Below, piece after piece: positions 63,833 to 64,000 of a stretch of DNA of 64,000 bases. The notes beneath the pieces were generated by a model that worked only from the letters and a program-made list of their open reading frames with translations, searched no databases and was not told the DNA's origin. Source of the stretch: Octopus vulgaris (taxonomy: Eukaryota); contig OX597834.1 of assembly GCA_951406725.2 (NCBI GenBank), forward strand, positions 35,154,001 through 35,218,000, in the 5' to 3' direction. Both the position numbers and the translations under genes were made by a program. Positions within the stretch are counted from its first letter, which is position 1, and each line of letters starts with the position of its first letter.

Positions 63833-64000
63833 GGACTATGGCCATTGCTAGAGAGAGAGCACCAACTTCAAGAATTGTTAATTTTATTTTTAGTAGATTA
63901 CATTTGGTCCCAGTATTTTGTCTGTCTGGTATTGGTTTTCTTGATTTCTTGAGAACCAAACAGTCAAGTGAGTACCATAGACCAGTGATTCCCAAACTTT

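Overview
AT-rich, repeat-dense animal genomic DNA, most likely octopus (coleoid cephalopod). This is inferred from the tRNA-derived SINE families and the very high microsatellite load. Almost all ORFs in the supplied track are translations of microsatellites or SINEs. Three functional loci stand out. (1) At ~0.3-2.3 kb (+) there is a compact, apparently non-protein-coding snoRNA host locus. It has clear box C/D homologues of U15, U52/snR78 and U80/snR60, one orphan C/D RNA, two weaker candidates, and a candidate promoter with two E-boxes. (2) At 7935-9833 (-) there is an intronless 632-aa OTU+Tudor deubiquitinase gene of the OTUD4/ALG13/otu family. (3) At 57820-62908 (+) are the first three coding exons of an FBXO3-like gene, which continues past the window. 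The ~48 kb in between holds SINEs, RTE, mariner, hAT, Gypsy and Penelope remnants and satellites. It also contains a 4-copy tandem array of the 18S rRNA 5' end and a few enhancer-like islands. All family assignments come from manual recognition and recalled reference sequences; no database searches were run.
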